DNA from: Candidatus Daviesbacteria bacterium
Lineage (GTDB): Bacteria; Patescibacteriota; Microgenomatia; Daviesbacterales; UBA10151
Assembly (NCBI GenBank): GCA_030699125.1
Contig: JAUYKM010000009.1
Coordinates: 6,358 to 70,357 of the forward strand
Reading direction: 5' to 3'
DNA length: 64,000 nt
Positions 37,889 to 46,532 of the stretch are shown piece after piece (within the stretch, counting starts at the first letter, position 1; the number at the start of each line of letters is the position of its first letter). Under the pieces are notes generated by a model. It saw nothing but the letters and a program-made list of their open reading frames with translations, was not told the origin of the DNA and did no database searches. The translations under genes and the position numbers were made by a program.

Positions 37889-38863
37889 ATGATGAAAAGC
37901 CCTATGAAAAAATACCTTATTCTTGCGATACTACTGATAATATTTGATTCACTATTGATTTTTGATACTATTCATAAGTTTAACTCTGAGTTAGCTTCCC
38001 CTCTAACAAAAAGAGGGAAAATTCTAGGAACTAATATTTGGATACCAAATATGAATTTGGTGGTTCAGGCCTCTGATATGGAGATTAACGCCAAAGGAGT
38101 CCTTTTTATAGATAGTATAAATGGCAAAGTATTCTTCTCTAAAAATCCACACCAAAAACTACCTATTGCCTCTTTGGTGAAAGTGATGACAGTTTTGGTG
38201 GCTTTGGAATACAAAGATTGGGAAGATGAGTATTTAGTGAGTGATGGTGCTGCCGGGATGGAGCCGGATAAGATGCTTCTTATTCCCGGGGAAAAACTGA
38301 CGCTTGAGGAGTTGTTATACGGAATATTTTTAATCTCTGCCAATGATGCGGCAGAGGTGATAGCTGAGGGAACCCTTCGACCCATTCGAATGACTCAGGG
38401 CAAGCAAGCTCAGGGCAAGCAAGGGGATAGAGAGGAATTCATTCAACTGATGAATGCCAAAGCTAAACAATTAGGTATGCAAAATACTTATTTTGTTAAT
38501 CCCACCGGACTGGATGAAGATAGCGGAAATTCATATTCCACAGCTTATGATCTGGCAGTTTTGACCAGATATTTAGTTAAAAATTATCCTGAAGTGGTGG
38601 AAATTTCTCAAACAGAGCACATTATTTTACCGGCAACAGCCACCCATCAGGATTATGATATGTATTCCGGGATAAATTTATTAACTACCTATCCGGGGGT
38701 AGTGGGATTTAAAACAGGATATACCCCGGAGGCAGGATTAACATTAATTACTTTGGCCAGAAAGAATGGGCAGGAAGTTTTGGGGGTACTTCTGGGCTCG
38801 GAAAACAGAAGAGAAGAAGCCAAAGAACTTTTGGATTATAGTTTTAAAAAGCTGGGAAGTTAA
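37889..38863 (+). CDS. D-alanyl-D-alanine carboxypeptidase (peptidase S11)
   Basis: ASLVK, SAND and KTG motifs. Confidence 0.92.
   Translation: MMKSPMKKYLILAILLIIFDSLLIFDTIHKFNSELASPLTKRGKILGTNIWIPNMNLVVQASDMEINAKGVLFIDSINGKVFFSKNPHQKLPIASLVKVMTVLVALEYKDWEDEYLVSDGAAGMEPDKMLLIPGEKLTLEELLYGIFLISANDAAEVIAEGTLRPIRMTQGKQAQGKQGDREEFIQLMNAKAKQLGMQNTYFVNPTGLDEDSGNSYSTAYDLAVLTRYLVKNYPEVVEISQTEHIILPATATHQDYDMYSGINLLTTYPGVVGFKTGYTPEAGLTLITLARKNGQEVLGVLLGSENRREEAKELLDYSFKKLGS
38373..38420 (+). repeat. nested REP-like insertion in-frame in the carboxypeptidase
   Basis: cccttcgac[ccattcgaatgactcagggcaagc]aagctcagggcaagc encodes LRPIRMTQGKQAQGK. Confidence 0.75.
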
Positions 38864-39507
38864 TTATTTAAAATTGCTGATAATTTTTGGACTCCATTGT
38901 AAGCACAATCCGGTATTATTTTTTTATCTGGACCACCCCAACCAAACCAACCTCCCCTTAAAATATGATATGTAAATGCGCTAAATTCAGGTAATGAAAT
39001 CTCATACATATGCTCAATTTCAATATTTACACCCTTTCGTCTGAATGGATTTTCCGAATAATTATGGATAGATACTCCAAGAGCCTCACTATAAGAGGCA
39101 GTTAAATTTCTGGCAAGCTCATCAGATAATTGTTTCTCTTCCAGGGCTTTCTTAAGATCATCCGCGATTTGTGGCGCATATGATAATCTTCTGATATGGA
39201 TATCTTCAGATGATTCCTGAACTTCTTCAGTAGTTGTTAATTCGGTTTCAGAAGAGGGATCCTGGTAATGAATTACCCTTAAGCCAGCAGTTTCAGATCT
39301 CAATAGCCTTGCAAGATTTTGGACAGTAGATTTTTGGGTAGCATCCACATAATTATAAGTTTGTATTATGGCACCAGTGGAAAATTCACAGAACTGTGGG
39401 ACAGATATAGCAGGTAAATCATCACTAAGACGGATTCTGGTATTGTCAAAGACAAAGCCAAAATTTTCCACATGACCTCTATTGAGAGTTTCCAAAATAA
39501 GACTCAT
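38860..39507 (-). CDS. hypothetical protein
   Basis: 215-aa ORF; TAAAAT 6 nt before the ATG. Confidence 0.7.
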   Translation of the reverse strand: MSLILETLNRGHVENFGFVFDNTRIRLSDDLPAISVPQFCEFSTGAIIQTYNYVDATQKSTVQNLARLLRSETAGLRVIHYQDPSSETELTTTEEVQESSEDIHIRRLSYAPQIADDLKKALEEKQLSDELARNLTASYSEALGVSIHNYSENPFRRKGVNIEIEHMYEISLPEFSAFTYHILRGGWFGWGGPDKKIIPDCAYNGVQKLSAILNN

Positions 39508-39577
39508 AGTAGTATTTTAACACATTTAAAGGAATTTGCAAGTTATTGTGAATTTGTAAAGATGATGGTTTATAATC

Positions 39578-39727
39578 GTAGCAGAAAACCCCGCTTTCTT
39601 AAAGCGGGGTTGAATGCGTAGCGATTACAGCCTTCCGCGGATGGGCACGGTGGTATATCAAATTAAGGTTTTCTGCTACTTCTTGTAAACTTATTAAAGA
39701 AAACCGCGGACTTACAAATCGCGGAAG
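39578..39727. other. structured non-coding element (candidate ncRNA or IS200/IS605-end relic)
   Basis: 13-bp inverted repeat (39578-90/39667-79), 11-bp hairpin (39587-39611) and further complementary blocks. Confidence 0.45.
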
Positions 39728-39741
39728 TTTATACTGGTAGT

Positions 39742-39879
39742 ATGATCAGAAAAGTTAAAGAAGGGTATAGGGTGGTGGCGGAAAGTGGACGTAACATGGG
39801 GACATATCCAACAAAAGAGCAGGCGGAAAAAAGATTAAGGCAGATTGAAATGTTTAAACATATGAGGAAAAGGAAATAA
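39742..39879 (+). CDS. 45-aa basic microprotein (not in ORF track)
   Basis: MIRKVKEGYRVVAESGRNMGTYPTKEQAEKRLRQIEMFKHMRKRK*; TATACT 6 nt upstream. Confidence 0.75.
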   Translation: MIRKVKEGYRVVAESGRNMGTYPTKEQAEKRLRQIEMFKHMRKRK

Positions 39880-39940
39880 GAGATGGACATCCATCAGTAG
39901 AAATACCGTTGGAGGATGTAATAGAGGTTAAACCTTTAAG

Positions 39941-41613
39941 CTAAATTATCAACTTACATGAACTGATCCAGGGTGAGATACCTTCTTGAGTTGGGAAAAC
40001 AAGTAGGTTATAGTTATTTTGGTTCGGTGGAATAATCAATAAATTAACTTTGACCTTTTCTCCTGATTTAATAACACGAGGCAATGCAGACGTAATTGGT
40101 GAGTCAAATAATTTTCCCTCGCGTGTAAAAACCTCCCTGAGGTTTAAATTTAGATACCCTCGTGTACCGGTAGTAAGCCAATCAACTTGAGAATTATTCA
40201 TAAAATACAACTCCAGTACTTCATAACCAAGGAGATTTTTTTTGCCAATATACTCAAGTGAACATTTTCTTTCCGAGAATATATACTCTCTATTCTTGAG
40301 ACCTTTGGAAAAATTAATAAAATTGTATACCCCTTCAAGTTGCGGTCCCGCTACAAGCTGTCTGATAATCGGGTTATCCTTAAAATCCCACAATTTCTCA
40401 GTAGAGCCATTTACATCCTTGGGATAAAAATCCCAAAAAGCCCTGGGGTAATAAAATATACCAATTGCTTGTACAATAACAGAGTATATGACGATAATTG
40501 TCAAAATTACTTTAAATAGAATACTTTTATTAAAAATATATAAAAAGTAAACCAGAATTATGGCAGATACAGTAGCATCAGCCAAAAGTCTGCTACCCCA
40601 GGAATGTCCTCCCCACCATTCTCCCCAGAATGAATTTAATAATATAACCCCCAGAAGATTGAAGAAATTCAGATAATAGATATTTTTCTGAAGAGTAGGT
40701 AATTGACCAATTTTTTTATAAAATAGAGGTGTAAGACAAGCGAGAATAAAAAGAGGTGTATAAAAAACCACCCCCCTTGCAGGTGATAAGAATAAGCCAA
40801 TCGCATTTTTTATAAAGGTTGTTTTTCCGTATACGCTGACATGGTCAAAATAACCCCCAAAAGGTGAACCATAAAGATATATATTGAATGAAGCTAACAA
40901 TATTAACCCGCCAACTAGAATGGTTAAATATGATACAAATTTTTTCTTATCTAGCTGATAAAGCAACCGAAGCAGTAATCCTCCATATATAAGAAAATGA
41001 GGTCTGGTCCAGATACTTAATAACGAGGCAAGAGAGGAGATAATGAAAATTTTGGAGATTAGAAAAAGCTGACTTACGGTCATAAATAAATTGGCAATTC
41101 CATGTTGCCATAAATATTGGCTGCTTATGGAAAATGTTTGCGTAGCAAATGCAAATATAAAAGCGAAAGCTATACCTGTTTTAATGCTTTGAGAGAGTTT
41201 AAAAATTAATAAAAAGAACAAAACTACATTTAAAGAGGCAAAAGTTGACGCGCTAATTTTCTCTAAAGTAAAAGACAGGTTAAAAAGATATCCTGGCTGC
41301 ATTCTTTCATTTGAATTTAATAATGCATAAAATGGCAGATAAATAGGTGCTGAAATTAAACCAGGCAAATAAGGGTAAGTTGATATATAGTGACCTTTTG
41401 GTTTTTGGAAGAAATAAATTGAGTTAGGCTCTTGAGCATATAGTTTTATAACTCATCAAAATAAAATCCATGACCTAAAAATAAATTAAATGGTAAAAGC
41501 CTTGACGGTGTGGTATCTCCTTTGCCAGTTGTATATAAAGGACTAAAATTTAAATTATAGATAATAAAACTAAGCAAAAATAAAGCTAAACAAATTTTTA
41601 AAGTTTTCCCCAT
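39941..41613 (-). pseudogene. frameshifted multi-TM GT-C-like glycosyltransferase
   Basis: N-terminal part MGKTLK...GDTTPSRLLP...YFDEL* continues in another frame (IKLYAQ...GHYISTYPYLPG) near 41450. Confidence 0.7.
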
Positions 41614-41695
41614 AATTTAAGCGTGGCGAGAATTACTCAGCGAAGCGCTAATTTAAGTAGTCTATCATAAGAAAATCCATTTAATAACTTCGGGA

Positions 41696-42412
41696 TTAAA
41701 ATAAAGGAGGATTGGCAGGCGTGAACCGTCCTTTACAGATTTTCTTCCCCTCAACAATCAAATTATCAAAAGCCATTTTCACCTCCTGATCCCCAAAAAG
41801 ATCATTAATAGAGAAGGCATATAGATACAGATGGACATCACTAACAGTATATCCACTAGAAGATAATGGAATCCAACTACTTATTACCGAATCATAATAA
41901 TAACCAGTTTCTACATTCTCAATTCTTGTTAAACGTAGTTTTCCAGAAAGGTCATTTGTGCCAATTACTGCGCGATTTGGATTGGTAAGATAGACTTCGG
42001 GTATAGCTGGATCAAAGCTGGGACTCGATTCATTTTGTCCCCAACTCATTCTTATAATTTCTGCAAACTCATCTGGTCCAGTAGCTATACCCATTCTAAC
42101 GCCATTCCTAGCCGGCCACTCAAGTAGTTGATAATCAACTTGTATATCAAAATCTCCATTTAATACACAGGCACTCACATATTCTCCTATAAAACCAAAA
42201 GGATCCGTGGAATCTGCTGGGATATTAATTTCTAGCCTGTTATTAACCTCAGTGATTGTTGGGCCACCAAGTTCAAAACTAAACTATTTGGATGGATCTA
42301 ATTTGTTATCGTCAAAGTTGTCAGATAAAGTTGCATTGGCTATCGCTAAGCCAGGGATAAGTAAATATACAGCTGTTAGTAATACTAGAGTAGCATATAT
42401 TTTGTATAACAT
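41696..42412 (-). pseudogene. secreted beta-rich protein with internal TAG
   Basis: Signal peptide, then DNFDDNKLDPSK*FSF in frame with ORF 41696-42178; TAG at 42284-42286. Confidence 0.75.
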
Positions 42413-42565
42413 TGTTAATTATTTACTAAATAATTATTCACATAATCTAAGTCCATTTTGCAACCCCCTAGAATTTTTATTATCTAAAAGCATGACAACG
42501 TGTAGTGTTTATATAAGGTTGCTGAGATCTTGTGGGTCAGACGAAACTTGTGGTACTTTAGGAAT

Positions 42566-42811
42566 ATGCCCAAAAAAGTTTTTGTAATGACTTTGATTTT
42601 AAGTGTGGTAGTAACTTATGGAGTAGCAGTAATGGATGCGATACAAAGAAACAGTCTTTTGGCTGGCAAAATAGGTTTTCCTTTAAGATTCAGTTCATCG
42701 TATTTCTTTAAAGAGAGTACAGATTTTCTGATGCTTTTCATAGATATAGCTTTTTGGTTTGCGGTTATCTTGGTGATCTGGTTTGGCATAAGAAGACTGC
42801 TTAATAAATAA
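42566..42811 (+). CDS. small membrane protein
   Basis: Two TM helices around GFPLRF; ATG 6 nt after TACTTT. Confidence 0.65.
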   Translation: MPKKVFVMTLILSVVVTYGVAVMDAIQRNSLLAGKIGFPLRFSSSYFFKESTDFLMLFIDIAFWFAVILVIWFGIRRLLNK

Positions 42812-42818
42812 TTATTCG

Positions 42819-45227
42819 CTATCTTAGATCGTGGGGTATAATTACCTCGAATTGTTGGTAAGTAGAATTGCCGGCTAAATCTTGGACAAATATTCTAATA
42901 ATATATTTTCTGCCATCTTTATCTTCATCATTTCTGGCAGCTGGTAATTTGATGATTTGATTATATTCCCTTTGGTAATAAGTAGTGATTAATGGTTCCG
43001 CTAAATCATACTCATCGTCAACTACAATAGTTGTTAAATAAGGATTCTCGTCTACAACATTTCCGATCACATTAACATCAACCATTTTTCCATTTGGCGG
43101 CCAGATAGTTTTTGGATTGACATCAAAAGAAATTTGGGGAGAAGTATGATCATAATTAGCTTCGTCCTCTAAGATACTGAAATGTGTTATCTCAGCATCA
43201 GTTGTACCATCGCCGTTTTCATCAACATGAATGACAGGAGGTTGGATAGCCTGCGTGTCAAAGACAGTATTTGCAGTGGTGTCAACAGAAATTGGTATAT
43301 CCTCATAAAGAATAGTTTGCGTGTTTATATCATCCTCAAATCTTCTGATTTTAAAATCAAAACTGCCCTGATTCATGGCCTCAAAATTGATGGTGTATAC
43401 TCCTTCATCTGGCAGAAAAATAAATTTAGCATCATCCAAACTGTTATAACTTGAGCCCGGGATATTGATTTCAAAATGTCCATCAGAAGTGGGTCCCGTA
43501 TGATTATGATTTGCATTATAGACATGGATATTAACTGGGGAGTGTACCGATAAAGAAGTGCCTCTAAATTTATAAGGTTGGTTGGAAACTCCCTCAGGAA
43601 TCTCATCATTATCTTCCAAAATATTTTTAATTAAATTTAATGCTGGACCATCTATCACTAAATCTCCATGTCTTTGAGAAGTATAATAAAGTTTTGCCGA
43701 ACCAAGGTATGAGAAATTTTTAAATGGGTCGTTTAAAGAGGCGCTATATAACGGTACTGTATCATCTCCATTTATACTAATTACATCTTTCTTAATGCTT
43801 TGAATTCCTAGGAGAGAGGTTGTTTTTTCCTCGATAATTTGTCCCAAAGTGCTTTGACCTGAACCTGCGATATTGATTACCTCAACGCCATTAGTATTGG
43901 AAAGATTAGAATCTATAAAATGAAAAATTTCACTAGGATCAAATAAGGTAGCATTATGACCGAAAAGTGTTAAGAGGTTTTTAATTTGAAAATAACCTAG
44001 TGTTCCATTCTCTGTTCTGTAGGGATAGAGATGCTGATTATCCTCTCCGGAGTAAAAATCAAAGTAAGATTGGGATGGAGCTAATTCAAAACCGCCTATC
44101 ATATTTTGAAGTACATCATTTACTTCCGAAGGGGCAAGCGTTAAACAAAATGGACCAATCTCAAATCTAAGACATCCGCCATATCTTAAGATTTTCAAAA
44201 ACTCCACCGCCCCCAGATGTGGAACACCTAAGGTGAATAATTTGCTGACATTTTGGGCACGGGTTGGATCAGCTATATAATTTCTGGCCACCAGGCCTCC
44301 CATGGAATGGGTCACAATATCTACTTTTTCACTGCCTGTCTGACTTTTTATATCCTCAATCTTTTGATCCAATAAGGGGGCGGTATGAGTTATATCTTTT
44401 CTCCAGTCATATGGAAAAACAAAGAAATCCTGATTTAGGGTATATCCATCATCTATAAAGAAGTTGATAGCTTCCTGATATGCTCCGGCATATAACTGAT
44501 CTGTTAATCCAATATTTGCCTCAGATATTATCCCATCTTCCTTCATCTTTAACACATCAAAATAATCATCTTCTCCCGGCTTGGCAGCCTCCCCCTCATT
44601 TACCCAAACCTTTTCATCTTTTAAGTATGTATGCTCAAAGATTCCTCCGTGTCCGTTATCCTCAGACCAGACAGTATTCTCCATTACTTTTAATTCAGAT
44701 CCTCCAATTCCCGGAATTAAAATTAGAGGAGTTTTAGAAGGAGCAGGAGTTGGGGTGGGTGTAGGTGTGGGAGTAGGTGTTGGATCCGGGGTATTAATAT
44801 TTACCAAATATAACGGGGTGCTGCTACCAAAAGCCCCACAGCCGTCACTTAAGTTTACAGTGATCCTATTTTCTCCCGCTCTGAATAAATTGGTTACATC
44901 AATGGGTATATGTTCAGTTAGAGATTGGCAAAGAGGAGCTGCATAAAAGTGACTAAAGGTTCTGGTTCTACCATCAGGTCCCAGGACTGAGAGATGCACT
45001 ATATCATCAACTAAAGTATTCCCTGATCCATCTGGATTAGAACTTAACAGAATATTCCCTGATTGGTAATTGATAATAAACTCAGTTGTAAAAAAAGTTT
45101 CAAACAAAGAGACCGGAATGGCAGGAATTCCGGTGGTGATGGTATAAGGGATGGTGGATGCAAAGATTGGAGGAGGATTAGTTACTAGCAAAAAAGATAG
45201 TATAAAAAATACTAGAAGTTTTTTCAC
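42819..45227 (-). CDS. secreted LCAT/PGAP1-like alpha/beta hydrolase with PT-repeat linker
   Basis: Signal peptide, (PT)n linker, LIPGIGGS, YDWR, THSMGG, GVPHLG and GDDTVP motifs. Confidence 0.85.
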   Translation of the reverse strand: MKKLLVFFILSFLLVTNPPPIFASTIPYTITTGIPAIPVSLFETFFTTEFIINYQSGNILLSSNPDGSGNTLVDDIVHLSVLGPDGRTRTFSHFYAAPLCQSLTEHIPIDVTNLFRAGENRITVNLSDGCGAFGSSTPLYLVNINTPDPTPTPTPTPTPTPAPSKTPLILIPGIGGSELKVMENTVWSEDNGHGGIFEHTYLKDEKVWVNEGEAAKPGEDDYFDVLKMKEDGIISEANIGLTDQLYAGAYQEAINFFIDDGYTLNQDFFVFPYDWRKDITHTAPLLDQKIEDIKSQTGSEKVDIVTHSMGGLVARNYIADPTRAQNVSKLFTLGVPHLGAVEFLKILRYGGCLRFEIGPFCLTLAPSEVNDVLQNMIGGFELAPSQSYFDFYSGEDNQHLYPYRTENGTLGYFQIKNLLTLFGHNATLFDPSEIFHFIDSNLSNTNGVEVINIAGSGQSTLGQIIEEKTTSLLGIQSIKKDVISINGDDTVPLYSASLNDPFKNFSYLGSAKLYYTSQRHGDLVIDGPALNLIKNILEDNDEIPEGVSNQPYKFRGTSLSVHSPVNIHVYNANHNHTGPTSDGHFEINIPGSSYNSLDDAKFIFLPDEGVYTINFEAMNQGSFDFKIRRFEDDINTQTILYEDIPISVDTTANTVFDTQAIQPPVIHVDENGDGTTDAEITHFSILEDEANYDHTSPQISFDVNPKTIWPPNGKMVDVNVIGNVVDENPYLTTIVVDDEYDLAEPLITTYYQREYNQIIKLPAARNDEDKDGRKYIIRIFVQDLAGNSTYQQFEVIIPHDLR

Positions 45228-45288
45228 TAATTTTTATTATCCTTAAGCCTTCTTTCCAAATCAACCTCCTTATGATATAACAGGCAAG

Positions 45289-46008
45289 ATGTTTACCAAT
45301 CAGAAAGTTTTAACTTTTGTTTTTATTACTCTCGTTTTTGGTTCTGCCATTTATTTTACCTTTCTAAAATTCAGATATGATGTTATTAGTCCTCCTGCTA
45401 CACCCAGCCCCACTCCCGAAATAAAATTTGTCTTAACTCCCTCTCCCACTGCTTCCTCCCAACCTCAAACTCAAAGGGCTGGTCCACAAGTATCCAGCTT
45501 ACCCCAAGCTTCCCAGCTACCCCTGGCAAATAAAAAATATTTAGGTCAATTCCCTGGCAATTTATCCGAGGAAGAGCTTAAAAATAAAGCTGTAACTCTG
45601 GTCACCACTAAAGGCAATATAGTCATGGAAATTTTTCCTGAGGTCCCTTTGACAGCTTCCAATTTTCTAATTCTGGCCTCCAATGGTTTTTATGATAATT
45701 TAACTTTTCACAGAGTGGAACCAGGAGTTTTAATACAGGGTGGAGATCCTAAAGGAGACGGAACTGGAGACGCGGGGTATACCTTCAAAGATGAACCTGT
45801 CACTCGGGAATATACCAAGGGAATTGTAGCTATGGCCAATAGGGGTCCGGATACCAACTCCACTCAGTTTTTTATTGTGATTTCAGATAACATAGAAATT
45901 TCTAAAAACTATACAATATTTGGAACTGTGCTTTTGGGTATGGATGTGGTGGAAAGGATAACTCCGGGGGATATAATCAAAACCGCGGTGGTCCAACCCC
46001 TTAACTGA
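45289..46008 (+). CDS. cyclophilin-type peptidyl-prolyl isomerase, membrane anchored
   Basis: FYDNLTFHRV, IQGGDP, AMANRGPDTNSTQFFI and YTIFG motifs. Confidence 0.93.
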   Translation: MFTNQKVLTFVFITLVFGSAIYFTFLKFRYDVISPPATPSPTPEIKFVLTPSPTASSQPQTQRAGPQVSSLPQASQLPLANKKYLGQFPGNLSEEELKNKAVTLVTTKGNIVMEIFPEVPLTASNFLILASNGFYDNLTFHRVEPGVLIQGGDPKGDGTGDAGYTFKDEPVTREYTKGIVAMANRGPDTNSTQFFIVISDNIEISKNYTIFGTVLLGMDVVERITPGDIIKTAVVQPLN

Positions 46009-46011
46009 ACT

Positions 46012-46058
46012 ACTCAATATCTTGTATATTGACACAATAGAATACCAATATGTTATGT
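46012..46058 (+). promoter_or_regulatory. tandem NrdR boxes
   Basis: actcaatatcttgtat (46012) and taccaatatgttatgt (46043), 31 bp apart, around TTGACA upstream of nrdR-nrdJ. Confidence 0.75.
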
Positions 46059-46083
46059 TGATTATGTTTCGACTTTAATATCA

Positions 46084-46527
46084 ATGCATTGTCCTTTTTG
46101 TGCAAGTGTCCTATCTAAGGTGGTTGATAAACGGGGAGTCGAGGGTCGTGGGGAAATCAGAAGAAGGAGAGAGTGTTTAAAATGTGGTAGACGATTTACC
46201 ACTTATGAAGCTCTGGCTAGTTTAGAGATGATGGTTATTAAAAAGGATGGTAAAAGAGAACTGTTTGTGGCAGATAAGTTAAGGTTGGGACTGATTAAAG
46301 CATTAGAAAAGAGACCAGGTATTGAAAAAACTTCACAAATTGTAAATAAAATAGAGGTGAGAATTAGGACTAGAGGTTTGAAGGAAATTCAATCACAAGT
46401 TTTGGGTAGATGGGTTTTGGCGGAGTTGAGAAAAATAGATCAGGTGGCTTATTTGCGTTTTGCCTCGGTTTACAGAACATTTTCCGGACCGGGGGATTTC
46501 AGAAAAGAACTGGAGGCATTAAGTTAA
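46084..46527 (+). CDS. nrdR: transcriptional repressor NrdR
   Basis: MHCPFC, RRRRECLKC..RFTTYE, ATP cone and VAYLRFASVY. Confidence 0.96.
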   Translation: MHCPFCASVLSKVVDKRGVEGRGEIRRRRECLKCGRRFTTYEALASLEMMVIKKDGKRELFVADKLRLGLIKALEKRPGIEKTSQIVNKIEVRIRTRGLKEIQSQVLGRWVLAELRKIDQVAYLRFASVYRTFSGPGDFRKELEALS

Positions 46528-46532
46528 ATCTT

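Noticed and set aside
39578-39727. Structured element as SRP RNA, 6S RNA or a known riboswitch
   Set aside because: I could not find the SRP helix-8 motif, a 6S-like long rod or a recognisable aptamer consensus by eye; left unclassified.
42284-42286. In-frame TAG as evidence of stop-codon recoding
   Set aside because: TAG ends intact genes here (2521, 30165, 49199, 51079) and TGA is also used as a stop; a nonsense mutation or sequencing error is simpler.
42207-42587. 126-aa plus-strand ORF
   Set aside because: Antisense shadow of the interrupted minus-strand secreted gene.
44745-44792. ggtgt(g/a) tandem repeat
   Set aside because: It encodes the Pro-Thr linker of the secreted hydrolase with varied codons; not an independent element.
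46410-46532. N-terminal extension of nrdJ overlapping nrdR
   Set aside because: It is an alternative-frame read-through of the nrdR 3' end; ATG 46533 follows the nrdR stop.
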